Shown here in pieces: positions 29,059-42,012 of a stretch of DNA of 64,000 nt (positions within the stretch are counted from its first letter, which is position 1; each line of letters begins with the position of its first letter). Both the position numbers and the translations under genes were made by a program. Below the pieces are notes generated by a model. The model worked only from the letters and a program-made list of their open reading frames with translations, did not search any database and was not told the DNA's origin. The stretch is taken from NCBI GenBank assembly GCA_964247055.1, contig OZ176056.1, forward strand, positions 1,612,001-1,676,000, given 5' to 3'. This stretch comes from Paragordius varius (Eukaryota; Animalia; Nematomorpha).

Positions 29059-31123
29059 TTAAAAGTTTGGTAAAGCGGAATTTTGCCCTTTCTCTCTTGA
29101 TTCATGCCAAGCTTTTTGAATCACCTGTAAAAATAAATATAAAATTGAAATAAATTAATAATATTTGATTATAAATAATCATATGATATATTTTTAATAA
29201 TAACCTTTAAGGTTATTTTAAAAATCTTTTAATAAACTGTTAAATAAATGAAATAAGATTTTTAATAACCTTAAAAAAATATTTTTTATTAAAATATTTT
29301 ATTTAATTCTAACATTCATTATGAATGCTTAAAATTTGAAATTATTGAAAAAGTTTTACGGGCCAAAATCTTTTAAAAATAAAAGATTAAATTATATAAA
29401 TTGTTGATTAAGTAAAGTTTAAATAAATAATCATTTTAAAAAAGCTTCCAAACTCACCTGTTTCATATTATCATCGCCATCTTCGTACATTTTTCTCATA
29501 AGGTCCATCAATCCTGCTTCTGGCGAGGAATTGCTCATATCACCTGGTTTTTCGTTTTTACTTAAAAATAATTATTTTTACTTAATTATATAATTAATTA
29601 TGGCTCTCGTAGTTTAAATTCAAAAAATCAAAAAAAATAAATATATAAAAAAGTAATTTCTAAAAAACACATAATATTCAAAAGAAAATCAGCTGATAAT
29701 ATTACAATTTTTGAGCAGCTAAATCTTTTTGTCGCTTTTCACTTTGAGTAATGCAAGGCCAGACTTGACCAGATTTTGCTTTAGCGAGTACGAGGTTAAG
29801 CATTTTGTTGCCTGATAAAATCTAAACCAAAAACAACAGTTATATAAATTATTTTTTAACAAAATATTTTCTATCTAAAAAAAAAAATTAAAAAAGCAAA
29901 ATAATACATAATTATATATCTATAATTATAATTTATATCATATGATTTTAGTTAAAAAATAATTTTATGAATAATTTAACACTTGGATATAACACATTCA
30001 TTTTAGTCCTTCGATTCAAATTGGGATAGTTAAATGCCCCAGGCCTGTTACTTGTTATTACTTATTTTAAGCAAAAACCGAAAGGTAAAAATTTAGTCAA
30101 CGTGACTGCGATGGTAAATTGAAAAATAATACAAAATAAACCGCTTTTTCTATTTTTATCAATGTTAGATGTAATTTATATAAAAAATTAGCTTTAATTT
30201 TACCTTTAAAATTATATGATGACGATATTTTGCAAAATATTTTAAAATAAAAATAGCGTGGAAGTAGTTTGACTTGAAATTTTTTTTTCAAAACAAAATT
30301 TCAAATAGATTTTGGCATATTATAATTTTTATTAGGATAGGAGAAAAAATTTAAATTGGGACCGTTTACTTCAGTAGTTTTTTAAAAATCTAACTCAAAT
30401 TTAGTCTAGGTTTAAATACCCCAATTATCGAAGTGTTAAAAGTATTTTATTTAAATGATATTATTTCAGCGATAAGCATTTATTGAAATAGATGTTAAAT
30501 TAAATTATTGATAAAACTTATAGTTAAAATTATTACCTTAAACTTTGATTTTTCCGGCAAAATATCAAAGCATAGATTATTGATTGAAAAATTGAAGTTT
30601 TTTGCAATTTTATTTTTTTCACCAATGACGTCATGGATAAAAACTTCTACAGATCTAAAAAATATTTAAAAATTCTATAAATTTAAACAATTTTTGGGAA
30701 ATAATACCATCTTTTAAATTATATCAGAATTAAAAATTAAAAATATATTTAGAAAAAAGTATACTTTGGAGAAAAGTGGCATTTTATATTATCTTTTGGG
30801 ACATTTTGAATTCCATCGATCGTCAAAAAGATTTCAATCGAATCATTATTTTGATCCCAACCTTAAAAAATTTGGTTAAATATAAGAAAAAAACCATAGT
30901 TTGTAAGTTTTGAATAACTAATATTTGTTAGAGTTTTAGGTGAGTTTTTGCTATAATTTTCTTGGGTTAATTTAGTTTCTTTTTCCAATTTTTCGATTTC
31001 ACTGGTTAAAATTTGTTTAACATATGGATATGTGGCGTAACTAAGTAACTTTTTAAGCTCTTCTTTATAATTTTTAAACTAAAACATTAATTTGACAAAA
31101 AATACCTGATTTTCTGAAGCCAT
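29059..31123 (-). CDS. CACYBP: Calcyclin-binding protein / Siah-interacting protein (CS + SGS domains), 233 aa, 7 exons
   Basis: Exons 31123-31106 (MASENQ), 31078-30895, 30861-30765 (GWDQNNDSIEIFLTIDG), 30654-30537, 29821-29706, 29560-29458 (GLMDLMRKMYEDGDDNMKQ), 29124-29059 (VIQKAWHESREK). Total 702 nt. Confidence 0.95.
29980..30435 (-). mobile_element. piggyBac-type MITE, copy B (inverted, internally deleted) in CACYBP intron 4
   Basis: TTAA|CACTTGGATAT...ATCGAAGTG|TTAA. Reverse-complement homologue of copy A. Confidence 0.8.
30862..30894 (-). other. 33-nt micro-intron (CACYBP intron 2)
   Basis: GTTTTTTTCTTATATTTAACCAAATTTTTTAAG. Removal restores the conserved NY-G-WDQ. Contains an in-frame TAA. 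Confidence 0.92.
31079..31105 (-). other. 27-nt micro-intron (CACYBP intron 1)
   Basis: GTATTTTTTGTCAAATTAATGTTTTAG joins MASENQ to FKNYKEEL. Terminal TAG is in frame. Confidence 0.85.
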
Positions 31124-33261
31124 ATATTTTTTTAAAAAAAGTGAGGTGAGGGGAACTACCAATGAAAAGTTATTTTTTTACAATTTCTGTAATAAATAAT
31201 TTTACGTTATATAAATAATCTAAGTATATAATAATTTAAATTTATATATAATTCAAATATATATTTAAATTTTTTTATTTTATTAATAATTGACGTTTTA
31301 ATCAGTTGTTATCACTTTATACGATTAAAACATTGCCTATCAATCTAGACGCCATAAATTATCATTCTCTTATTACAAATATAATTAAGGTAGCTATTTA
31401 TATATTATTATATATAACTTTAGAGACATCATTTTATTGATTTTTAAGGTTATAATAAGGTTTACTTTAAGTTATATAAATTATTAAAATAAAATGGTTA
31501 CTTGGAATTCAGATTTTAATTGCTTGTTAAAAACTCATGGCAAATATCCATAATCTTAAGTCGTTACTTTTTTACCCTTGTTAAAGGCTTTGAGTTTTGT
31601 TAATGGTTATTGTTTTGAGTCACTATTATTTTTCAAAACCGCTGAAACCCCGTCGTCAGCTGCAACCCGGTAATAAATCGGTTTTAAATTTTAAATCGTT
31701 GCAGTAATCTTAATTGTTTGAATTATTTAATTTTTTGAATTTGAACAGTGGTATAAATTAAAACCGACTAAAATTTACGTTTCGGCTGTGTAAAATTAGC
31801 TGTAACCCGTTTAATAACTAGGCGTAAATATTTAAAATCCGTTTTTTGTCCGTTGCAATCAGTTACTTAAAAATTTTTATTTTTTTAAAACCGCTAAAAA
31901 TGAACTTTTACCGTTTTAGATTGCAACTTTATTAAAAATTAGGAATTACTTTTCAATCAGTCTCTCTGTTTCTTTCAATTATTACCCTGCTTCTAAAAAT
32001 AACTAATTGGGCGTTTAATACCAACTATCGAAAAACCGTTAGAGCGGTTTTTAAAAAAATTTTGTAGTGAAAAAAAATAATATTTTTAATCCAAATATAT
32101 AATTTGATCCTTGATCCACTAAACAGTAACAGGAGTTTTATTAGATTTAATTAGCTTTGAATTTAAACTACCATGTATATGATTAAAATAGCGGATAAGA
32201 AATACGTGGAAAAATTAGAACTAATAGGTTTGAAAGTTTTCATACATAGGACCTTCTTGAATTCTCTTTTAAACCTATTTAAAATACCCAAATGTCCAAC
32301 AATATCGCTTTGTATGTTAATTTCTATTCTTGTGCCTCTATTAAAAACGATTTAAGAATTTATATTAAAAATATAATTAAAAAAATATGGTTTTTTAGGT
32401 TTTAAAATTAAAATTTTAAAAAGGTGTTACGAATTAAAAAAATGGATTTTTACATAACTAACACATGCAATAGAATTTTTTTCCATGTTTTAACATTAAT
32501 TTTGTCTATTATTTATGGACGAAAATTGTTTTATATTATACGCTAGTGTATTTCGTTTAAATCTTTATTTGTCTGTTGACGTAATTTTATCATTTATATA
32601 CTTTCTTAAATCCTAGTTTTTAGTGCATTTAGAGTGCTTCCTGGGTAATTTTATAATTTTTTTCACACATATTTTATTCAATTTAGATTTCATCAAACTT
32701 CAAATCACTAAACCAACAAATTTGATTTTTTTGAAATCAAAAGTGCCTCTATCTATCAACGCCAAGCTTTTACTACTTTATAACAACAGTTAAAGTTTTA
32801 CTTTACTATTAACGAGAAAATAGAACAAATCACAACTTGATTTCTTCTAAATTTTGATTCGGTTATTATAACGACTTTTCTTTTAAATCATTCTTATAAC
32901 AAGTTTGTGGGGATTATTTCGATTGATTCTATTTAAGTATTTTCATCAAACACCAAACACGTCTGTAATTCTTTCGTCTCACCAACCAAAAAAAGATTCG
33001 TCAACATCATTAAAAAATTTTTGATAGCAAACTCAATCGAAATACTATTTAGTACAAACAAAACTCGAAATTTAAACAATAGATTCATCCCTGTATTCAT
33101 TTTTATTTATCCCGAAACTTTAAACACAACTTCAACTTGATTTATATCTTCTTCATTCTTTATTTTAAACAACGCAACACCTTTTCCTAAACAACCCTTC
33201 AATCACAAATTGAAATATCCATTTAAAAACTCACCCAACATCAGCTGATATTGACTTTGTA

Positions 33262-33609
33262 ATGTCGAGTAATCCTGCTGCTGTATCAAACATTACTACA
33301 ACGGCCGGAAATACGGCTGGCACCGGTGCCGGATCAGCTGATAGGAAATCAGCTGCTATCGTTAAGAATGCCGACATGTCGGAAGAACTTCAACAAGACG
33401 CTATAGATGTGGCCAGTGTAGCTTGTGAAAAGTTTAACATTGAAAAAGATATTGCGGCATACATCAAGAAAGAATTTGATCGCAAGTATGGCCCTACTTG
33501 GCATTGTGTAGTGGGCCGGAATTTTGGCTCCTTTGTCACGCATGAAACGCGACACTTTATCTACTTTTACTTTGGCCAGGTGGCTGTCCTGCTTTTCAAA
33601 TCGGGGTGA
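33262..33609 (+). CDS. DYNLL: Dynein light chain LC8 (DYNLL1/2-type), intronless CDS with a roughly 25-aa N-terminal extension
   Basis: ORF contains [73 protein letters not shown], near-identical to the LC8 consensus. Confidence 0.98.
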   Translation: MSSNPAAVSNITTTAGNTAGTGAGSADRKSAAIVKNADMSEELQQDAIDVASVACEKFNIEKDIAAYIKKEFDRKYGPTWHCVVGRNFGSFVTHETRHFIYFYFGQVAVLLFKSG

Positions 33610-36600
33610 TACGAATCTGTGTGAAGATTAGAAAAAACTTCGTTCTTTATTCCTTTTTTATAATGTTGAACAATTTTTGATATTTACTTTATATTTAGCA
33701 AATTTAATTGTGTAAACAAGTCGTAGTATTGCTCCTCTCTTCTTTAAATTGGGGGAAAATTTGAAGATTATACCCAAAAACCAAACCAATAAATATTCCT
33801 TTAATTATCTTTTATAAAACTTTTAATTGTTGTAAAAATGATAAATTTTGAATCCTTTGTCACACATGAGCGATAATCTCTTTGGGTAAATAGCTATCTT
33901 AGAATCGGGGTGATGGCATTTTGTGAAGATTTAACCTATGAAAAAACTAAAAATTATTAATAAATATTTACTTTGGGTTTCTTTTGTAACGCATCTAACC
34001 TAGCTTTTCATCTACTATTGTAATCAAATTGTTAAAATAAATAATTATACACTTTCTTCCATATAAAAAGCTTAAAATGCAAAAATATATAAAATTTGGC
34101 TCTTTTGTAACCCATAAAACGGCACTTCTTTCCTATTTTGACCTACATTCTGCTTTCTTGCTCTTAAAATTGGTTTGATTCGGAATGGAAAAAATCAATG
34201 AAAATAAATTTGATTTCTGTATATTTTCCTTCCATAAACTATTAAATTAGAATTTCACACTATTTAGCTAATATTTTTATTTATGTTCCTTTAGATTCAA
34301 TTCAAAATTTGTATTTAAATGTTTGCCTTTTAAAATATAAAAATTATATCCTTAGGTTTTACGTTTTGTATTAATATAGTTTCATTTTTTATTGTAACTT
34401 TCTTATATCACTCGAAAGGCCCTAAACCAATAGCATTATGAGAATCCTAATACATATTACTAGTAGAATATATATATGAGGATACTCTTTTGTACACTAT
34501 AATTTAGTGCGTTACCAATTTACAAAATCTTATTATTGAGAGCAACCTAAGCAAAGAGTTTATTAATTTTTAACTGCTTCATAAAAACTAAATAATTTAT
34601 AAATAGTACCTTTTATTTATTAAATTACCCATGAGATTGGGCCAAATAATAAATTTGGATTTTTACTTTTTCAGGCCTAAAACATTAAAATTTAATCTCA
34701 AATAAGCCGTCTATTTTGTCTGTTATTTGCCATATAAAACATAATAAAAAAATTCAAATACCTGGAAATGGATATACTACAAAATTACATTTTTCATATC
34801 ATACATGTTTGGATTTTAATTGAACAATAGTCCAAGACTAACGACTTAAACTACGGTTAATTATGGTTAATAACACTAGACAACAAATTTTAACTTTTTT
34901 TAACTGCCATTCTTGTAAATTTTAAATTTATTTCATTAAAGTACATAATTAGTATATCTGAAAAGAAAATTGGTCTTACATGGAAGAATTTTTTTATATT
35001 AGAGTTTATCGATAATTTTTGGCCCCGATTTAACATTAAACTCGAAATTTCGAAAATTTAAAGTTTTAGATATGAAGCCATGTGTTTTATATCATTCGAA
35101 AGAGTGCAAAAAACTGCATCTTTTAAATGGTAGTAAGTCATTTAAATCAATCGGATGTAAAAGTTATTTGGATTTAAATGGTCGAAATTTTCAGTCCTTA
35201 AATAAGTCAAGAATTTTCATAGACAAACTAATTTGAAAATCATATAAATTATTTTAATATAATTATTAGGGTTATATTAGTATTTAAATTAAAAAAAAAT
35301 TTGAAAAAGCTTTTGGTTTGATTTTTTAATAAAAATTATTATTATCATAAATATTTTACCTAGTGGATACTAAAATGCACAGTTATAACTGTAAATTTAT
35401 TACATAATGGCTATAAAAGATCAAAAAATATCTTAAATTTTGTTTTTATCTTTAAAATTTCAAAATTATCAGCCTCGTAAATAAAATAATTAATATTGAT
35501 GAGATGGTGATTTTCAAAAAATAAAAAAATTAAAAATGGCTGTTTTGAGGGACATAAAAGCAATAAAAAAATGTTTTAATCAAAAAAACTTTCTTGTGTT
35601 ATCTTTTTTGAACATTCATCACCATCTAAACAAAGTTTGAGCTATTTTTATCCATTAGTTTTAAAAATATGATAATTAAAAAAAATGCTCTCGCTTCGCG
35701 CGTTTGTCGCTCTTTGTGTCCAATATTAACTGTCGTTTTAATACATATTAGTATACATTTTATAGAGTTTTTACTACTCTTTCGAATGATATATTACAAA
35801 TGGGCATTATTTGTATATTTTCAAAGAAAAACATTTTTTAGTAAAATTTTGATAAAGAGGGCGCATAATCAAAAAATCAAATTATACAAAATTCTTCCAA
35901 CGAGTTATAATTTTTATTTCAGATTTATTGTTAAAATGATATTAAATAACAAAAAATGCAAAAAACTCGAGTGGCAGAAAAATTTGTTGTCTAGTGTAAT
36001 AATCAAAATTTTGCTCTCAAAGAGTCAATCAATATTTGAATATTTTATGAGTGAAACCAAAAATTTAGTTGCTATATGTTTTTTCGGGTTTATTTAACAA
36101 TTTATAAATTGTTTGATGCGCATAAAAGTCAATCAATTGTCTCTATTATATTTCGGCAAATATTTGTTTTTAACTTTGGATTAAAAGAGATTTTTTTATT
36201 TAATATGCTAATAACATTAAATAAGCAAGTTAAAATTTGGACTTTTCCTCGAATTCATTAATTATTGTGTTGTAACCATATTATTTAAATCATTCTAGAA
36301 AAATTTATAAAAAAAGATTTAAGTTTAAATATGGTCATTTTTTTCATTTCTAAAACTACTAAGCAATCCAAATTTCTGAATTAATTTGATCGTTTTATTT
36401 AAACACAGCAATAGTAATAATTGGATTTTATATCATGCATTCTACCAAAAAATAAATTAAAAAAAGATGAGTCCTCAATTTAAAAAATTATATGATTAGA
36501 TTAAATATGATGCAGTGCACTCCCAATTTACATTTTATTATTTTGGAACGGAAAAAGGATACATTTTAAAAAATTAAGGTTTTTTAACAAAAAAAAACAT

Positions 36601-37472
36601 ATATGGGGATTAAAAATATTGATTAGAGTGATTGTTTTTAAGAACACAATGCAAACAATTTTCAATTTGTTTCCCCTTTTAATTGCTTCTCCTACCTATT
36701 TCGTTGCCAAAATAAGGAAAGCCGTATCAAATGGGATTTGTTAACAATTGACCTTTTCACTTTTCTGTCCGCGTTGTGGTAGTTTTATACCCCAGAACTC
36801 AATCTTGTAAACTGCTATTTTGAAAATTATTTTAGTAAAAATTTATTTATTAAACATTGTTATATATTAGACAAAAAAGCTTTTATTTTTTTTAATTTAG
36901 TCTAAAATTAGAACAGCTCAAATCCACGATTGAATTAAACAGCTGGTTTTAAAATAGAAAAATATCTATTTGATACTAAAAAGCAACTGAAAGCTAACTA
37001 AAGTTATTATTATTTATAACCATAATATAAAATTATTTGACGTATTAATTTAATAAAATTAAAAATGGCAAATTTTTAAAATATTACATCTAATAAAATA
37101 TTGTATTATGCGAAGGCTAATGAAAGCATATTTTAAAATGTGGCCGGTCCATTAAACATTTAATATATTCAAGTTTCAAATTTCACTTATACAAGACTAC
37201 AAAAGTCATAAAGTTTTAAATAAAAAAATTCAACTCTCCAACAGTAACGCCTAAGGTAAAATTTCTTATGCAAAAAAACTTTGGCATTTTACAAAAGTAT
37301 TTTATAACATCCTGGATTGAGATATTGATGGCAGGATAAACAAGCCATGAAATATCATTTTATTATAAAAAATTAACAGATGTCTATAAATAATGGTTCA
37401 AAAATCACACAAATATTTTTCTCCTTTCATGCGACATAGTCATGAAAATTCTTCTATAAATTTTCGAACAAA

Positions 37473-37545
37473 ATATTGCCAAATAGCATATTCAGCAAAG
37501 AGAATTATTATTGGCCAATAATATATATGCTATTTGGCAATAATT
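37473..37545. repeat. Small hairpin repeat family with ATTGCCAAATAG arms
   Basis: ATTGCCAAATAGCATAT...ATATGCTATTTGGCAAT. Similar elements at about 22108-22220 and 42252-42362. Confidence 0.55.
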
Positions 37546-37615
37546 AATAATTATAGCAATGTATACTCTACCGTATTAATCTATTAAAGAACTATAAAAT
37601 GTAGTTATATACATA

Positions 37616-38444
37616 CTAGCGTAAATCTCGTGCTGCTACTCAGCTCGAGGAAGTCCTTCGGACTTTTGGGGCGAGGGAGAGGGCATTTTTGATTTTAAAA
37701 GCAATTTTATTATGCGGCACGAAGTTTTAAAATGATTTACATAGTCTCATAAGTTTTATGAAATTTGGCGCCAAAGGCATGCTGTATCGATATGATGGCG
37801 CAGTTGTAGGCGGGTAGCCCCCTATCCAGAGGCCAATATAAAAATGTATTTAGGTAAAAAAAATTGCCTTTATAACTGGAATGAGTGTTCATTCCTAATA
37901 GTTTATTAAAAAATGGCTTTGAAACTCTTAATAATAGTTTAATGATAGCGCATTTTTGGGAGTAAAGGTCCTTTTAACGGCTAATTATAAAAACCCGCTC
38001 GACTAAAATTTTTGGCTTTTACGGGTAATACTTTAAGCAGCTATCGAACACATATGGCCTGATAGGTTTTCTTAAATTTAGCCCCAAAAGCACGCTATTT
38101 CGATATGATAGGTCAGTTTTCGTGGGTAGCTCCTTACCCATTAACTATCATATAAGAAACGCTTGACCAAAATGTTTGCCTTTTAACAGGGAATATTGGA
38201 ATCCTTATGAATTTTTACGGTCTCATTCCTTGAAAGAAATATAGAATCAAAATATTATTTTTGTGGACTAGGTTTTTTGAAAAAAATGGCATTATACGGG
38301 GGTAAAAAGAGGGCCTAAATTAATAAAGGGAGCCGACTATATTCGGCGCAATCGATAATTTGGACATTTGGATTAGAATGGGACTACCGGTTTTTCGGAA
38401 ACAGATATCAAAGCCAGCATTTTCCATTGTTATAAATATATAGA
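37616..38444 (-). mobile_element. Non-autonomous Helitron (829 bp)
   Basis: Minus strand: A|TCTATATATTTATAAC... at the 5' end. At the 3' end, hairpins (AAGTCC-GAA-GGACTT; CTCG.GCTG..CAGC.CGAG) then CTAG|T. This is the standard TC...hairpin-CTRR structure in an A|T target. Confidence 0.8.
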
Positions 38445-38912
38445 TTTTATAAACATATAAAAATAACATAACATCCTTTTAACCAACATTCGACCTAATG
38501 AGTTGTTAATAGTTTTTTTTCATCGCGGACCGCAAGCGATACGGAATGCTAGACTTGTCAAATAACCTGCTTAAAAGCTTACATTATTATATACGAAGGG
38601 CTAAATCCGAAAAAAACTGACAGATAACATTTAAAGATTTAAGATCAGCCTGGTGTCTGATTGCATAAGATAACCCTTGATTGACATCAGTGATGCGTTG
38701 TAGTATGAGACTTATCGATGTCAATTTATTAGATTTTTTCACGTATTTTTTAAATGGGATTGGAAACTTATTTATATAAAAATGGTCGAAAAAAAATGAG
38801 TTTAACTCTTGTCAGTAATGTCATGTAAAATAATAATTTAAACGTAGGCAGTGCGCAAAGGATTTTCCCAAAAATATGTGATTTCAATATAGTATAATTC
38901 CGTATGGAATTA

Positions 38913-39094
38913 CGGTATGCATGTTAATGGTTGCTTATTTTACGCTATACTAGGGCAATTTGCAAGTCAGTAGTGTATGGAAAAAAAACAACAAAATGTT
39001 GAAAACAATTATTTTGTTTCATTTTTCTGCACACTCCTGTGCTGCAAATTGCCCTATTATAGTGTGAAATAAGCCACCATTAAAATACATACTG
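38913..39094. mobile_element. Small Tc1-type MITE (TA|C(A/G)GTATG...CATACTG|TA), 182 bp
   Basis: About 70-bp mirrored arms containing TTAATGGT.GCTTATTT..AGGGCAATTTGCA. Confidence 0.7.
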
Positions 39095-39485
39095 TAATAT
39101 TAATAAATGATAATATTTAACAATGGTGAGATAATTTAAAAATAAATTTTTGCTAATTATCATGTAATCATATGGCCATTTGCCATATGAACTTTGAATC
39201 GTGCCTTGTAAAGAATTATGTTATCATAGCTTATTAAATTTTTATAATTTCAATGTGGATGGGAAGCGTCAGCTAAATTAATCTTATATATATAGAATAC
39301 GCTTCAACATCTATGAATATAAAATAAAATAGGTATCACTTAAAAACAAAAGCTAAATTATATTTATTTCAATCATATAATAAAAAGTTACAATAAAGCT
39401 TGCAAATTATTATTATATCATCATTATAAATTATATTATCCACATATATAATTATTAAGTTAGCATCTTCATTTCATGATCAGCC

Positions 39486-42012
39486 TTAGGCTAAATAAGT
39501 ATAATTATTATATATATATATATAGTTTATATATATAAAAGATTTTATAATTATATTGTAATTAATTAATTATTTTTATAAAATATTTTATTTTGTAAAA
39601 AATATTTAAATAAAATTATACAAATAATAAAGAAAAAACTATAATTATATTGATTAATTTTAAATATATTTCATTATTTAATAATCAAGAGAAGGAAAGT
39701 GTAAATTGTTATATACTTTTATCATTTTAAATTGCTAAAATAGTCTTTGTGAGAAAAATCAAGGTTGATCAAGCGCCCACTTTTAACAAAAATATTTATC
39801 TTTTAGGTATTTAAATATTGTGTCTGTGTTATTTAAATATCCTTAAAAATTTACCTGGACATCTACATTGTGGACATCGCCTTAACCAACCAAACCAACC
39901 CCATCTTTGAACACAGGGCGGGTAACACGGGGGACAGTATCGCCCTTAAAGTTTATGATAGAATTTCAAGAAAAATAGTAATAATTGGTCTAGACATGCA
40001 ATGACATTATGACAAAATTTTTATAAAAAACCGTTACATCTTGATTTTTCATGCATCAACTATTTAACCACAATTTAGAATGATAAAACTAAATTTATTA
40101 ACAATTTACACATTCTTTCTTATTTTGCAACTTACAATAATGTGGTGGGCGAAAAAACTTTTAAATCATATGGTTGTCTTTTAGAAAAAAAATGCTTTTA
40201 ATTTTTATGTTTCGTCTGTATAATTTAAATTTTACTGTGTAACGAAAATATTGGGATATATAAAATTAAAATCACTATTAAAATCTTAAATATACCCTAG
40301 AACAATTCAACCCTAAAAATAAATTATGTGTTTCCGAACTAATATAACAATTGATCTTTGACATATTTAATTATTTTTTCAGTATTATTTTAATTTTAAA
40401 CATTTTTAAAAATATAAAAATATATAAGAATAATTCTTAACCTTAAAATACTTAATTTAGGTGGATTTGAATTGATTAAGGGTAATTTAAATAAATGGTA
40501 TTTTTTCTTATATAATTTTATACTGATAGCTTTAGGAAAAAATAATTCTAAAACGAAATTATTAAAGTGTTTATGAATTATCTTACTTGGACAGACACAT
40601 TTGGGACATCTTCTAAACCAACCTAAGAGCCCCCATCTTGGTGCGCATGGTGGTGTGCAGGGGGAACAATACGGCCTTCCTAAGATTCGTGAAATTATAA
40701 TAAGAATTTCAAAAATTATTTCAATCACATGTAAAATTTATAAAGACTTTTTCGGGGTTTGACCCAAAGTTTTCCAATGAGATACTATACGCGGCCAGCG
40801 AGAAAATGCGAAAACCACATAATTTATAAACTCGTAAAATTAATATTTCTTTTAAACAATTTTTCCGAAAACTCTTTCGATTGGCAACACTGGAAAAATT
40901 GTGGAATTATAATGGTAATTGACGGATTGATTATGTTTTGTAATAACAGTTGTAAAATCCGTAATATAATGATAATCGAAAATTAAATATAAAATTAATA
41001 GAAAGATAATTATTAACAGAAAAACTGTTATTGTAATATTATGTTTGCATTTTACAGTCTTATGATAAAAATTTAATAAAATATTAATTACTGCCCATAA
41101 ATATTACAAATGCGACACGCTAGGAAATGCGGCACCCGAAAGCATATTTTATGTTAGACATCCCTGAAACATAGTTATAGATTATAGAATTATTTTTATT
41201 ACAAATAAATCATTTTTTAGCGTAATTTTATAAATAAATTCAACAGGTAGGTGATTATGGATTAAGTATTTTAATTATAAATATAAATATTTTTTAATTA
41301 TAAAATTGGGGTTAATGATAAAAAATTAAGTTTTTCTTGAATTTCTTAACTAAACTAATGCCTTAATACAATAAAGATATATTTTTAGCAAATTTTTCTA
41401 CAAATAGATAGTTTTACAATTTTAAACATGTATACTTGTTGGTGGACATACACAAGTGGGGCAAGGATTACCCCTAACTATGTAACATGGGGATTGGCAC
41501 TGATACAATGGTGGACATCCTAAAAAATTTAATTTTTGATTTAATCTTTATGAAAAATATTTTAATTTTGAAAAAAGTATTGTGTAAAAATGCAAATATC
41601 GGGTGTATATTATGTCAGTAAAAATTGAAATCATACAAAAAAATGAAAGGACAAATATTTTTTTCAAATAACATCCAATCTTTTTTCCCCATATAAATAT
41701 TTAAATATAATTATTTTAAAATTGCTTAAATAACCACATCACATCTATATTCATCATCTTTTGCAATTTAAAAATGAGTATAAAAAGATCAAGGTTAAAG
41801 TATAGCAGTCTTTTGCAAATTATAATAAATTTGATAATTTTTATTTCAAAAATCAAACAAATTGATACATAAAAAAATTAAAATAAATAGATATTACTTA
41901 TGGGCGCCTGGTTGTAAGCGTATGGGTTCAATTGATATTGTCCATTTACATTGAAAAGATTGATTATAGTTAAAATTATTGCAAATAAAATTGAATTTAA
42001 AACAAAATACAT
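39486..42012 (-). CDS. Secreted small Cys/Pro/Arg/Trp-rich protein with three 6-Cys antistasin-like modules, about 128 aa
   Basis: Exon 42012-41898 (MYFVLNSILFAIILTIINLFNVNG, signal-peptide-like). Phase 1-1 module exons 41519-41436 (CPPLYQCQSPCYIVRGNPCPTCVCPP), 40679-40587 (YCSPCTPPCAPRWGLLGWFRRCPKCVCP) and 39944-39855 (YCPPCYPPCVQRWGWFGWLRRCPQCRCP). Tentative terminal exon 39490-39486 (A*). Confidence 0.8.

Noticed and set aside
31150-31560. Possible small plus-strand spliced gene next to the CACYBP start (LLSLYTIKTLPINLDAINYHSLITNIIK exon-like segment)
   Set aside because: Could not build a phase-consistent model with a credible start and stop.
33280-33340. Hidden intron explaining the LC8 N-terminal extension
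   Set aside because: The segment is GC-richer and codon-like, unlike the AT-rich introns here, and the GT..AG pair I checked does not restore the frame.
33349-33555. Antisense ORFs over DYNLL, CHMP2A (60288-60470), METTL16 (62214-62486, 62407-62598, 63111-63308) and the 447-aa ORF (43899-44087)
   Set aside because: Shadows or alternate frames of real coding sequence with no independent features.
35669-36261. ORFs 35669-36097 and 36076-36261
   Set aside because: F/I/K/L-biased translations typical of AT-rich repeat remnants, with no splice or homology support.
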